Part shown: piece by piece, positions 45,447 to 54,881 of the stretch
Layout: every line of letters starts with the position of its first letter
How positions within the stretch are numbered: position 1 is the stretch's first letter
Source: Thermoplasmatota archaeon
GTDB lineage: Archaea; Thermoplasmatota; Thermoplasmata; Halarchaeoplasmatales; Halarchaeoplasmataceae
DNA length: 64,000 nt
Assembly: GCA_018334835.1 (NCBI GenBank)
Contig: JAGXLF010000001.1
Location: 32,879 to 96,878, forward strand
Reading direction: 5' to 3'
The notes under the pieces: model-generated
Database searches by the model: none
Told to the model about the DNA's origin: nothing
The model's input: only the letters and a program-made list of their open reading frames with translations
Position numbers and translations under genes: made by a program

Positions 45447-47035
45447 TTCCGTTGCTCGTCGCTCTCCCGATGCTATTTGCATTTTTATCCAGCGTTATTA
45501 GTTATATTGATATAGATCGAATTTACAGGGAGACAGTATTTTTGTTAGGTATATTGTCTCCTTTGCCTGTTTTCTTATACAATATAGACAGTTTGCCGAT
45601 AAATACAGTTGTAGGTGGTTGGAGCAGGATATCTGGTATAGAAGTGGGTATAGATGGTGTCAATTTTTTCTTTTTGTTAGCGACTTTAATCGTATTTCCT
45701 TTAGTTGCAGTATACACCTTAAGTCATTTTGAAAGAATAGGTAAAGAAGAGGGTGGAGTTTCTAGGAATTCTAAATTTTGTTTAATTCTTCTTCTTTACG
45801 GTAGTCTTCTTGGAAGTTTTATCACGAGAGATCTTTTCAATTTTACTATATATTTGGAGATAGCATCGATAGCAGCAATAATATTGGTAGGCAGTTCAGA
45901 TACTAGCGGAGCAAAGTTGGCTTCGTTTAGATATTTGATGTTGTATCTTCTTTCATCCTTTTTCTTTATTTTCTCAGTAGGTATAATTTACGTGAAGACA
46001 GGATATCTCAACTTTCCGTTGATCGGACAGAATTTGGTGTTAGATACGGAGATGAAGGTTGCACTAAGTATAGCTTTTGTTGCATTGATAACTAAGGCAG
46101 GGATATTCCCCCTTCATTTTTGGCTTCCTGACGCCCATTCTAAAGCCGATACACCTGTTAGTGCCCTTCTTTCTGGGCTAACGGTTAAGGCGCCGGTATT
46201 TGGGATGATATTGTTTTTGAGATATACTCCAATCGGATTTTTGACAGTTCCTTTGATGGTGATCTCATTTAGTTCTATATTTTTTGGTATTTTCATGGCT
46301 ATTTTCCAGACAAATGCAAAAAAACTCTTAGCATATCACACTGTGTCTCAGATGGGGATAGTTCTGTTGGCTATCTCCGTTTTGGATATATATGCTGCGG
46401 CTCATTACGTCTTTGCCCACGCTCTTTTTAAATCAGGTTTGTTCCTTGGTGTCGGCCCGCTCATTTCTTCTTTCGGTACTAAAGATTTAAAGAGTCTCTC
46501 TTATAGGGCTAGCGGATCCTTGATAGTTTCCTTTGCAATTTTAAGTTTAGCAATCGGTGGTATTTCACCCCTGATTGGAGCCTTTGGAAAACACGAGATA
46601 TTGACTGAGTTGAGAGGTGCTAAAGTCTATCTTCTTTACGCTACATCTATAGGCACATTGCTCTCGTTCTCGAAACTGAATTTTGAATTGTTCAAATCTA
46701 AAAAAAATGGCTATAATGGAAAGGATCAGGGGATAGAGAAAGGAATCGTATTTCTCATTGCTCTTTTGACCATTAGCTTTGGAATCTATTATTATCCTGA
46801 GTTGAATCCGATGGATTTGGTCTTTATTGGTGTAGCTTTAGGCCTCCTTTCCATACTAAAATTGTCACATATATTGGAATGGAACGTACCGAGGTTTTAT
46901 GGAAAAAATGTAGAAGGATTGACCAAACAAATCAACTTTTACACAGCAGTCTTCGTGATCGTGAACAGTGTATTGATTTTATTGGTACGTTTTGGAGATA
47001 CCCTCCAAGAATTGCTGATAAGCATAGTGGTCTGA
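45443..47035 (+). CDS. mrpD: MrpD/NuoN-like antiporter subunit, copy 1
   Basis: 530 aa with the HFWLPDAHSKADTPVSALLSG antiporter signature. TTGA overlap start. Confidence 0.85.
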   Translation: MIPLLVALPMLFAFLSSVISYIDIDRIYRETVFLLGILSPLPVFLYNIDSLPINTVVGGWSRISGIEVGIDGVNFFFLLATLIVFPLVAVYTLSHFERIGKEEGGVSRNSKFCLILLLYGSLLGSFITRDLFNFTIYLEIASIAAIILVGSSDTSGAKLASFRYLMLYLLSSFFFIFSVGIIYVKTGYLNFPLIGQNLVLDTEMKVALSIAFVALITKAGIFPLHFWLPDAHSKADTPVSALLSGLTVKAPVFGMILFLRYTPIGFLTVPLMVISFSSIFFGIFMAIFQTNAKKLLAYHTVSQMGIVLLAISVLDIYAAAHYVFAHALFKSGLFLGVGPLISSFGTKDLKSLSYRASGSLIVSFAILSLAIGGISPLIGAFGKHEILTELRGAKVYLLYATSIGTLLSFSKLNFELFKSKKNGYNGKDQGIEKGIVFLIALLTISFGIYYYPELNPMDLVFIGVALGLLSILKLSHILEWNVPRFYGKNVEGLTKQINFYTAVFVIVNSVLILLVRFGDTLQELLISIVV

Positions 47036-47129
47036 AGACTCGCGAAGCTTGAAAAGAAATTATGGTGGTAAAAATCAAAAGACAAACTGGTTTGAACAAC
47101 CATAAGGTGCTGTCAGAAGGTGATAGAGT

Positions 47130-48725
47130 ATGATCTCTTTAGCCGTTGCTTTTCCTATATTATTTGCGATTTTATTCAGGACTATCACCTATTTCGATAT
47201 TGGTATAAGACAGATTTACGAAGATTTAGTATTTTTAATTGGAATAGTTGGTCCAATACCAATATTTCTCTACAATATTAGTGATCTGCCGATGAGAAAT
47301 GTGGTAGGTGGTTGGAGTAGGATATCAGGAATCGAAGTAGGTATAGACGGTCTTAACTTTTTCTTCTTAATGGCAACTTTTATTATATTTCCTATGGTGG
47401 CTTTCTATAGTTTTGGTTACTTTGAAAAATCTGATAATAAAGAAAGTAGAGGAGTTTCTAGAGAATCAAAATTTTGCCTTATGCTCCTGCTTTATGGGAG
47501 TTTGATAGGGACTTTCATTACTAGAGACCTTTTCAATTTCACAGTATATCTAGAGATAGCATCGTTGGCTGCAATAATCTTGGTTGGGAGTTCAGATACA
47601 AGTGGAGCAAAGGTGGCTTCTTTTAGATACCTGATGTTATATCTTCTTTCTTCGTTTTTCTTCATTTTCTCAGTAGGTCTAATCTATGCGAAAACAGGGT
47701 ATCTCAATTTTCCCCTGATCGAACAGAACTTAGTGATGGATACAGAGATGAAGGTTGCTATAAGTATAGCATTCATAGCTTTGATAATGAAAGCGGGGAT
47801 ATTCCCACTTCACTTTTGGTTGCCTGACGCCCATTCTAAAGCCGATACGCCTGTTAGCGCGCTTCTTTCCGGATTATCTGTGAAGGCACCAGTTTTTGGT
47901 ATGCTTCTATTTTTGAAGTACACTTCTATAGAATTTTTGGTTCTCCCATTGATGATACTCGCATTCAGCTCTATTTTCTTCGGCATCGGGATGGCCCTTT
48001 ATCAGTCGGAAGCAAAAAAGCTCCTAGCTTATTCTACGGTTTCGCAGATGGGATTTGTGCTCCTCTGTGTGAGCACTTTGAATATCATTGTTACCGGCGT
48101 TTACGTGCTAGCACATGCCCTTGCAAAGGCAGCTCTTTTCCTCGGAATCGGTATAATCATAAAGGAACAGGATCAGAAAGATTTGGACAGCCTCTATTAT
48201 AGTAATAGGAAGATATTGATGACGACCATGATTTTATTGAGTCTAGCCATTGGAGGAGTATCACCCTTCTTAGGAGGTTATGCAAAAAAACTGCTCAGTG
48301 ATATTTTAGCGAAAGAAATCGTTTTTCTGTTTTATATCGCCTCTATCGGGACTTTAACCCTTATGGCTCGATTGAATTACGAGCTGCTTACGGGTTCTAG
48401 CGAGAAAAAACAACGATTCAATTTAAAAGTAATATTACCGTTTGCTCTTGCCACGGCAAGTCTTGGATTTGGAATATATTATAAACCCAACTTCAGTTTC
48501 TTAGGTCTTGCACTTATAGGTATAGCCATAGCGACGTTTTTTATACTGAAATATTCTCGTATCCTTGATAGAGATGTCTTATCACATCTCAAAAGGCACG
48601 AGAAAGGTCTTCCAGTGGAGATCAACTTTTATACTATGATATTTGTTTTGCTTAATATTTTGTTCATTTTTCTAGTTTTATATCATGATGTGTTGAGAGA
48701 AACGATCACTTCTCTAGGCCTGTAA
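47130..48725 (+). CDS. mrpD: MrpD/NuoN-like antiporter subunit, copy 2 (tandem paralog)
   Basis: 531 aa, collinear with copy 1 and visibly highly similar over the first two thirds. Includes an identical 26-nt run at 46127-46152 and 47823-47848. Confidence 0.85.
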   Translation: MISLAVAFPILFAILFRTITYFDIGIRQIYEDLVFLIGIVGPIPIFLYNISDLPMRNVVGGWSRISGIEVGIDGLNFFFLMATFIIFPMVAFYSFGYFEKSDNKESRGVSRESKFCLMLLLYGSLIGTFITRDLFNFTVYLEIASLAAIILVGSSDTSGAKVASFRYLMLYLLSSFFFIFSVGLIYAKTGYLNFPLIEQNLVMDTEMKVAISIAFIALIMKAGIFPLHFWLPDAHSKADTPVSALLSGLSVKAPVFGMLLFLKYTSIEFLVLPLMILAFSSIFFGIGMALYQSEAKKLLAYSTVSQMGFVLLCVSTLNIIVTGVYVLAHALAKAALFLGIGIIIKEQDQKDLDSLYYSNRKILMTTMILLSLAIGGVSPFLGGYAKKLLSDILAKEIVFLFYIASIGTLTLMARLNYELLTGSSEKKQRFNLKVILPFALATASLGFGIYYKPNFSFLGLALIGIAIATFFILKYSRILDRDVLSHLKRHEKGLPVEINFYTMIFVLLNILFIFLVLYHDVLRETITSLGL

Positions 48726-48909
48726 TAATTGATCTATAAGGTTTGAAGGGCAATATCTAGTTAAGGTCAGAGAAGTGTAGACTGGTAACCTTCAGATAAT
48801 TTAACGGGGTATCCTCTATGTGGATACACTGAGTACCGACGGTTGAATGAGAAGCCATGGTAACAAGTCTATTTTATTTTGTGTATTGTGATGCTAAATT
48901 CTATTTTTT

Positions 48910-49329
48910 TCACTCAAGTTCCTTTACTGATACCTCTAAAACGTCATCGGACTTACTAACTTCTTTTTTGAGTTTTTCTAGCGTGGTATCCATCTTGCTC
49001 ACATCTAGTACTGTTATGAGTATGCCCTGTTCTGAGTTGACCTCTTCTGTTTCGTTGAACATGATATTGACATCGTGATCGGCGAACCTTCCACTTATAT
49101 CTGACAAAACGCCGGGTTTGTTTTTAAGTATGAATTCGAATTCTACTAATTCTTTACCGGGTAGAGCAATCCTCTCCATACGTGCTTCTTTGATTTCTGG
49201 GCTTATCTCGAGTAAAAAATATGCTCCTTTCGAGGCACCGATATCGTAACCAGTGTCTGACGGAAATTCGATTTTTCCATCTTCTTTTAATTTTATTATT
49301 TCGTAGTAGGTCATCATATACCTTATCAT
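48910..49329 (-). CDS. ACT-domain protein
   Basis: The C-terminal half NKPGVLSDISGRFADHDVNI..ITVLDV is ACT-like (a beta-alpha-beta-beta-alpha-beta regulatory fold). Confidence 0.6.
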   Translation of the reverse strand: MIRYMMTYYEIIKLKEDGKIEFPSDTGYDIGASKGAYFLLEISPEIKEARMERIALPGKELVEFEFILKNKPGVLSDISGRFADHDVNIMFNETEEVNSEQGILITVLDVSKMDTTLEKLKKEVSKSDDVLEVSVKELE

Positions 49330-49489
49330 GAACAGGGTTATAAAACCAATGTGGGAAACAATCTAGATTTATTAGATAATTAGAAGATAGATCTCAATCA
49401 TTTTCTCCCTTTATTGAGAAAACTTTTATATCCCTACACTCATTACCTAACGTAATTAAGGACTCTTAAAAATATAAAAAGTGATATTC

Positions 49490-50119
49490 ATGTCTTCAAA
49501 GGATGAATCCAAAGAGGAAGCAGGGGACTGGTTCGATGAACTGGACGAAGAGTTAGACGAAAAAACCTCGGAAGTATTTAGAGATCTTGGAGAGAAAGAT
49601 GCCAGGATGGCAGAACTGAATAAGCAGTTTATAAAGGATTTCTGGCGTATATGGATCAAGTTCGAGAATAAATTGAACGTCCACTTCAGTATGCGGCCAG
49701 ACTATAGTTCTTTCGCACATTTTGATGAGTTTCCGGAAGAATGGGAATTCAGAAACGACTTTAATTTTTCCAATGTTAACAAAATAGAATTGATGGATAA
49801 AACTCAGGAAAACGATAGAACAGGAGACAGCCTTGTTCTTGAGTATTACAAGGAAGACGATACGTTGAAAGTGGGATTGTTCTTCGAATTCAGCGAAGGT
49901 GAGAGGTATTACAAATACAGCGGTTGGAAAAGGATCTATGTAAGATATTCACTTTTTGATAAGGAATTTCCGGTCGAAGACGATGGGATGGACGACTTCC
50001 ATAACGTTTTGAAAGAAATAGTTAAAAATTGGTATACCTCCCATCTGGAAAACAACAGAGACGTGATAATAGACTACATAAAATCCAACTACGATAAAGT
50101 CGAAGAATATCCAGAATAA
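49490..50119 (+). CDS. Hypothetical acidic protein
   Basis: 209-aa ORF. TATA-like ttaaaaatataaaa lies just upstream, suggesting a near-leaderless transcript. No family recognised. Confidence 0.5.
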   Translation: MSSKDESKEEAGDWFDELDEELDEKTSEVFRDLGEKDARMAELNKQFIKDFWRIWIKFENKLNVHFSMRPDYSSFAHFDEFPEEWEFRNDFNFSNVNKIELMDKTQENDRTGDSLVLEYYKEDDTLKVGLFFEFSEGERYYKYSGWKRIYVRYSLFDKEFPVEDDGMDDFHNVLKEIVKNWYTSHLENNRDVIIDYIKSNYDKVEEYPE

Positions 50120-50286
50120 ATTAAATCATCTAAAACCCGTATCTTTTTGATTTTTTACATGTAGATTGAGATTTGAAAGTAGCAAATTTCCACTTTCACT
50201 CACCCCTCCCCTACAAATAATTAAATAGAATGGGTCCTTCCCTAAAATCGGTCCAACAAAAAGAAGACGGATCAAGATGTGATAAA

Positions 50287-51600
50287 ATGCAAGAAAAAGA
50301 AAACCTCGCGCCCCATATCGAGGATATAAACCGGGCGCTAAACGAAAAGTTGAGCGAAGAACAGATCGAAGAGGAACTCCGTACCTATACTGAAAGATAC
50401 GGGGTACCCTTAGGAAGCGCAAAGAGATCCATCGTCAAGAAATACGATGGTGATCCTCAAGAACTCTATATCAGTACAGATAAGAAGATAGAAGATATGG
50501 AGGGAGATGAACAAGGTCTAAATCTTAAGTGCAGAGTCGTTTCTATAGATGATAAAGAAATAGAAGTAGATGATCAGCCGAAACAGATATGGTACGGTAT
50601 ACTTGGAGACGACACTGGTACGATCCCTTACACGCTATGGGAAGCTAAAAGTATTGATATGGAAAAAGGCGATACGATCAAGATAGAGAACGCCTACGTG
50701 AACATGTGGAACGAGAAACCCCAAGTGAATATCGGATCTAAAGCATCAGTGAAAAAAATAGATGAGGACGAAGTTCCACAATTTGAAAGACAGCCGCAAA
50801 AACTCAGTCTCAAAGATTTAAGAGAAGATATGCGTGATTTAGAGATCACTGCTAGAGTAATGTCGATAGAAGAAAAGACAGTGAATACTCAAGATGGGGA
50901 AGAAAAACAACTTTACTCTGGAGTAATGGCCGATGAGACGGGTAAAGCGCAGTTCAGCGCGTGGCACGACTTTGGTATAAGTGAAGACGATGTGCTCAAA
51001 GTTAAGGGTGGCTACGTTAGGAGTTGGCGAGGCGTACCTCAGTATAGTTTTGATGAAAACGCGGACGTTCAATTTTTAGATGATGATGAATTACCAAATA
51101 AAGAAGAACTACAGCAGACATCCGCTTACACAATATCGGACTTAGCTAAAAGAGGCGGTGCGGTCGATGCTATAGTTGAAGCGGTGATGATCGATATTAA
51201 GAGCGGAAGCGGTCTGATATTCAGATGTCCAGAATGTAACAGAGTGATACAGAAAGGGGCATGTAGGGTTCACGGTAAAGTCGACGGTAAAGCGGATCTG
51301 AGAGTTAAAGGAATTTTAGATGACGGCACAGGAGCATTGACCGTCGTGATAAATAGAGAATTGACAGAAGACATACTAGGCTACGACATAGATAGAGCCA
51401 TGGATATAGCTAAAGACGAGATGAATCAAGAGGTCATAAGGGATGATATCGAGGAAAAATTGATAGCCCAGCCATTGAAGGTCAGAGGCAACGTGACTAG
51501 TGATGATTACGGTCTCATGCTTATAGCCGATGAAGTTGATCGGCAGAGTATCGACGTGGAAAAAGAAGCTAGAGAGATGTTAGACGAGGTGAGAGTATGA
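50287..51600 (+). CDS. rpa: Replication protein A (multi-OB-fold ssDNA-binding protein with zinc finger)
   Basis: Repeated OB-fold segments and the zinc finger CPECNRVIQKGACRVHG. Start probably ATG 50287 (MQEKENLAPH). Confidence 0.85.
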   Translation: MQEKENLAPHIEDINRALNEKLSEEQIEEELRTYTERYGVPLGSAKRSIVKKYDGDPQELYISTDKKIEDMEGDEQGLNLKCRVVSIDDKEIEVDDQPKQIWYGILGDDTGTIPYTLWEAKSIDMEKGDTIKIENAYVNMWNEKPQVNIGSKASVKKIDEDEVPQFERQPQKLSLKDLREDMRDLEITARVMSIEEKTVNTQDGEEKQLYSGVMADETGKAQFSAWHDFGISEDDVLKVKGGYVRSWRGVPQYSFDENADVQFLDDDELPNKEELQQTSAYTISDLAKRGGAVDAIVEAVMIDIKSGSGLIFRCPECNRVIQKGACRVHGKVDGKADLRVKGILDDGTGALTVVINRELTEDILGYDIDRAMDIAKDEMNQEVIRDDIEEKLIAQPLKVRGNVTSDDYGLMLIADEVDRQSIDVEKEAREMLDEVRV

Positions 51601-51651
51601 GCGGAAACATACTCTTTCCCTCATTATTTTCTTATGAGAATGGCCCTCTTA

Positions 51652-51734
51652 CATCATTAAAACAAAAGGAGGTTTTAAGATGAGCAGGATTAGCATCCAT
51701 CCATCGTTAAAACAAAAGGAGGTTTTAAGATGAG
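51652..51734 (+). repeat. Tandem direct repeat of the translation-initiation region (33-nt unit, period 50 nt)
   Basis: catcattaaaacaaaaggaggttttaagatgag (51652-51684) versus catcgttaaaacaaaaggaggttttaagatgag (51702-51734) has 1 mismatch. Similarity continues about 9 nt further (caggattag / tatgattaa). Confidence 0.9.
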
Positions 51735-52617
51735 TATGATTAATAGAGAAGTGGCTTGGAGAGTTTTTGCAAGTGAATTTAATGAGTCCACTCTAGAGAT
51801 AGAGGGGACTGAGGAGAGAGCACCTAGTTATTTGGTTACGCCTCTAGGAGCCAAGATCAACCGATTGTATGCAGTCGGTGTTCTGACAGAGAAGGAAAAC
51901 ATCGGAGATCCAGAAGAACCGATGTGGCGAGCTAGAGTTACGGACCAAACGGGCACGTTTTTTGTTTCAGCCGGCCAATATCAACCCGAGGTGACTTCGA
52001 CCCTTACCAATATGGAACCTCCTATCTTCGTGGCAGTAGTTGGAAAAGCCAATACATACAAACCAGACGACGAGACCTTCTTGACTTCTATCAGAGCGGA
52101 GATCATCAAGGAAGTTTCTGAGGAGCAGCGTGATAATTGGATTATAGAGGCAGCTCGTTCTTTGAAAAATAGATTGGATGTCGCTATGGAAGCATCGAAG
52201 ATGGATGAAGTCTCAGTTGAAGAGCTAGTCGAGCTTGGCTTCGATGAAAATTTAGCCGAGGGTTTCAAGCAGGCTTCCGAACATTATGACTCTATCGACT
52301 TCAATAGATATGAGAGAATGCTGGAAGATTCTCTCCGTTACGTATTACCTGAGTATGAAAGCAAATCGATCGAAGACATCGAACAGGAGAGTGAAGACGA
52401 GAGAGATGAAGACCTCGAAGCATTCATCTTAGACGTGATCGCGGATTTCGAGGAGAGAGAAAATCTGGAGAATGGGGTGGATTATGAGAGAGTTAAAGAA
52501 AAAGTGATGGAAGAGAAGGAGATAACCCAAGAAGATTTCGAAGAATCAGTAAACAACTTGAGAAGTGACGGAAAATTGTACGAACCAGTGTTAGGCAACC
52601 TGAAAAGGATAGACTAA
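51730..52617 (+). CDS. RPA-associated OB-fold protein (COG3390-like)
   Basis: The N-terminal REVAWRVFASEFNES..YLVTPLGAKINRLYAVGVLTE pattern matches RPA-associated proteins encoded next to rpa in euryarchaea. Acidic C-terminal half. Confidence 0.7.
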   Translation: MSMINREVAWRVFASEFNESTLEIEGTEERAPSYLVTPLGAKINRLYAVGVLTEKENIGDPEEPMWRARVTDQTGTFFVSAGQYQPEVTSTLTNMEPPIFVAVVGKANTYKPDDETFLTSIRAEIIKEVSEEQRDNWIIEAARSLKNRLDVAMEASKMDEVSVEELVELGFDENLAEGFKQASEHYDSIDFNRYERMLEDSLRYVLPEYESKSIEDIEQESEDERDEDLEAFILDVIADFEERENLENGVDYERVKEKVMEEKEITQEDFEESVNNLRSDGKLYEPVLGNLKRID

Positions 52618-53361
52618 TCAACCCTCTTCTTCTTTTTGTTCATTGATAGCTTCTTTCATCTCCATATCGCCTTCTACGACTTTTTTAGCTAGTTTTTTAG
52701 ATATCGTTATCTCGCCACTTTCGATACGACTCCTACGCTGCATCTCTCTCATCTCCCCTTCTGTAGCTTCTACGTCGTAGGGTCCTTCTGCTAACTTACC
52801 AATGCTCAAGGCTATCTTTTTAGCGGCTTCTATATCTGGAGATTCAGTCAATTGAGTCGTGTCCTCTTCGTTAACGATCTCAATTCTAACCGCTAACCCT
52901 TTAAGTGAAGTTATAGTTCGATTCCTGTTGGTTTTATCTCCATGGCCTATCCTTACCGTCATCCTTTGAAAACTGTAATCTTCGATAAACCCCTTTATTA
53001 TGTCTCTGACTTTTTCAGGAGAGTCAGCGTTCATGGTCTCTAGGATTTTACCGTCTCCAACGAGTGCGATCCCGGGTTCTGTTCCTGGATCTATACCGAC
53101 AAGCATCTTTTGATAAGTCTGCTTACCTTTCAATATTGAAAGGGCTCTTCGCACTCCTTTTCTGATGTCTTGTTCTATGCTGACTATGTTTTGAAAGTCT
53201 ATACCCTCAGCTTCCTGTTCGGTAGTAATCACTAAATCAACATTTGGAGGGATCGGATCCGTTGGAGAGAGACTCACGAAGGCGATATCTCTTTGTTTCA
53301 ATTCCCTAACTATCTCGTAGTAGAATTCGAAATTATCCGTTGCTACAGCTAGTATTTTCAC
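52618..53361 (-). CDS. RNase H-fold (RuvC/YqgF-like) putative nuclease, COG2433-like
   Basis: Central MLVGIDPGTEPGIALV is typical of RNase H-fold nucleases. Archaeal two-domain layout. Confidence 0.5.
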   Translation of the reverse strand: MKILAVATDNFEFYYEIVRELKQRDIAFVSLSPTDPIPPNVDLVITTEQEAEGIDFQNIVSIEQDIRKGVRRALSILKGKQTYQKMLVGIDPGTEPGIALVGDGKILETMNADSPEKVRDIIKGFIEDYSFQRMTVRIGHGDKTNRNRTITSLKGLAVRIEIVNEEDTTQLTESPDIEAAKKIALSIGKLAEGPYDVEATEGEMREMQRRSRIESGEITISKKLAKKVVEGDMEMKEAINEQKEEEG

Positions 53362-53422
53362 ACAATTAAGAACGGATTTCAGGGATATAGTATTTTTGAA
53401 AAATAGAAAAAAAGAAAGATTT

Positions 53423-54784
53423 TTAGCTCAGATCAACATCTGGAGCCTTTTTTATGTCTCCCGAATCCATCATATTTTTTGTCTTTCTTTTGCTTGCTTT
53501 GATAGTTTTTTCTGCCCTATCCCTGAGTTCCTCTTCTGAGAGTTCTCTTCTTGCCAGTCCCTGCTCGATAGCTTTTAAACCTACCCTTACTGCTTGTCTG
53601 ATATACACTTCTGTATTTTCCATAGTGGGCACGAGGCTTTCTTCGTCAAGTCCGTTTTCTTCCGCGACCTCAGCGATAGCATAAGCAGCTTCTATGTGCA
53701 TCTCGTCACTTATCGTTGTGGCTCGAACATCTAATGTACCTCTAAATATGCCTGGAAATCCTATCGAGTTGTTCACCTGATTTGGGAAATCAGAACGTCC
53801 TGTCCCGACGATCCTGACTCCAGCGTCTTTCGCATCCCAGGGGTATATTTCAGGGATAGGATTCGCTTCCGCGAATAGAATACCGTCGTCGTTCATCCCT
53901 TTCAGCCATTCTTTCTTGATTGTATCTGGACCCGGAGCTGAAGCAGCGACAACAACATCTTTACCTTCTATTAATTCAGGTACACCGCCCTCTTTCTGTT
54001 CTTTATTTGTCTTCTGTGCGAATTTCCACTTTTCAGGAGTCGATTCCTCGTCAAGATCTTCTCTTTTAGGGTGTAAAAGGCCGGTCGAATCACACAGATA
54101 CAAATTTTCTTCAGGAACTCCAGCCTCGAGAAGGGTCCTTGCGAGACAAAGATTTGCCGCTCCAGCGCCGATCAGTCCGACTTCGACTTGATCTAATTTT
54201 TTCCCTACGACTTTTAATCCGTTGATTATGCCTGCTAGAGTTATAGCCGCAGTTCCTTGTTGATCGTCATGCCATACAGGTATATCCAATTCTTCTCTCA
54301 ATCTTTCCAAAACTTCGAAACACTTCGGGGTAGCTATATCTTCTAGGTTAATGCCGCCAAAAGAGGGTGCTATCCATTTAACCGCCTGTATGATCTCGTC
54401 TGGATCGTGAGCGTTTAGACATATTGGAAATGCATCTACACCGCCTAAATACTTGAACAATAGTCCTTTACCTTCCATCACTGGCATGCCTGCTTCAGGG
54501 CCTATATCCCCTAGACCCAAAACTCTACTTCCATCGCTGACTACTGCCACGTTGTTCCACTTATTCGTGTGTTCATAGACCATCTCGGGGTTCTCATCGA
54601 TATCCTCGCAGGGTTTAGCAACGCCAGGAGTATACCAAACACCGAAATCGTCTAAACTCTCGATCTGAACTTTTGGCGAGACTTCGATCTTTCCTTTATA
54701 AAAAGGGTGCCATTTCATCGCCTTTTTAGCGGGTTCCTTAGACTTCTCTAAAAGCTCCTCTTTGGTCATTTCTTCTTTGCCCAT
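53423..54784 (-). CDS. NAD(P)-dependent malic enzyme
   Basis: [31 protein letters not shown] and dinucleotide fold GAGAA. Confidence 0.9.
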   Translation of the reverse strand: MGKEEMTKEELLEKSKEPAKKAMKWHPFYKGKIEVSPKVQIESLDDFGVWYTPGVAKPCEDIDENPEMVYEHTNKWNNVAVVSDGSRVLGLGDIGPEAGMPVMEGKGLLFKYLGGVDAFPICLNAHDPDEIIQAVKWIAPSFGGINLEDIATPKCFEVLERLREELDIPVWHDDQQGTAAITLAGIINGLKVVGKKLDQVEVGLIGAGAANLCLARTLLEAGVPEENLYLCDSTGLLHPKREDLDEESTPEKWKFAQKTNKEQKEGGVPELIEGKDVVVAASAPGPDTIKKEWLKGMNDDGILFAEANPIPEIYPWDAKDAGVRIVGTGRSDFPNQVNNSIGFPGIFRGTLDVRATTISDEMHIEAAYAIAEVAEENGLDEESLVPTMENTEVYIRQAVRVGLKAIEQGLARRELSEEELRDRAEKTIKASKRKTKNMMDSGDIKKAPDVDLS

Positions 54785-54881
54785 ATTATCCTTCCGAAAA
54801 GAGGAGACGGAATAGACTATAAATAAATAATGGAAATATAACCTTCAAGTCTAAATAAATTTTACTTTATAGAATATGATA

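Noticed and set aside
48726-48909. 184-nt convergent spacer after mrpD copy 2 with small hairpins (gtatcc/ggatac at 48809-48827; aaggt..acctt at 48763-48792)
   Set aside because: It has no tRNA T-loop or acceptor features and no recognisable ncRNA motifs. The oligo-T tracts (48871-48885 and 48899-48909) fit ordinary archaeal termination signals.
50183-50212. ORB-like atttccac plus a C-string (cccctcccc) upstream of rpa
   Set aside because: It is a single copy with the G/C-string on the wrong side relative to canonical ORBs. The GTGGAAA core recurs inside several CDSs here, so an 8-mer match carries no weight.
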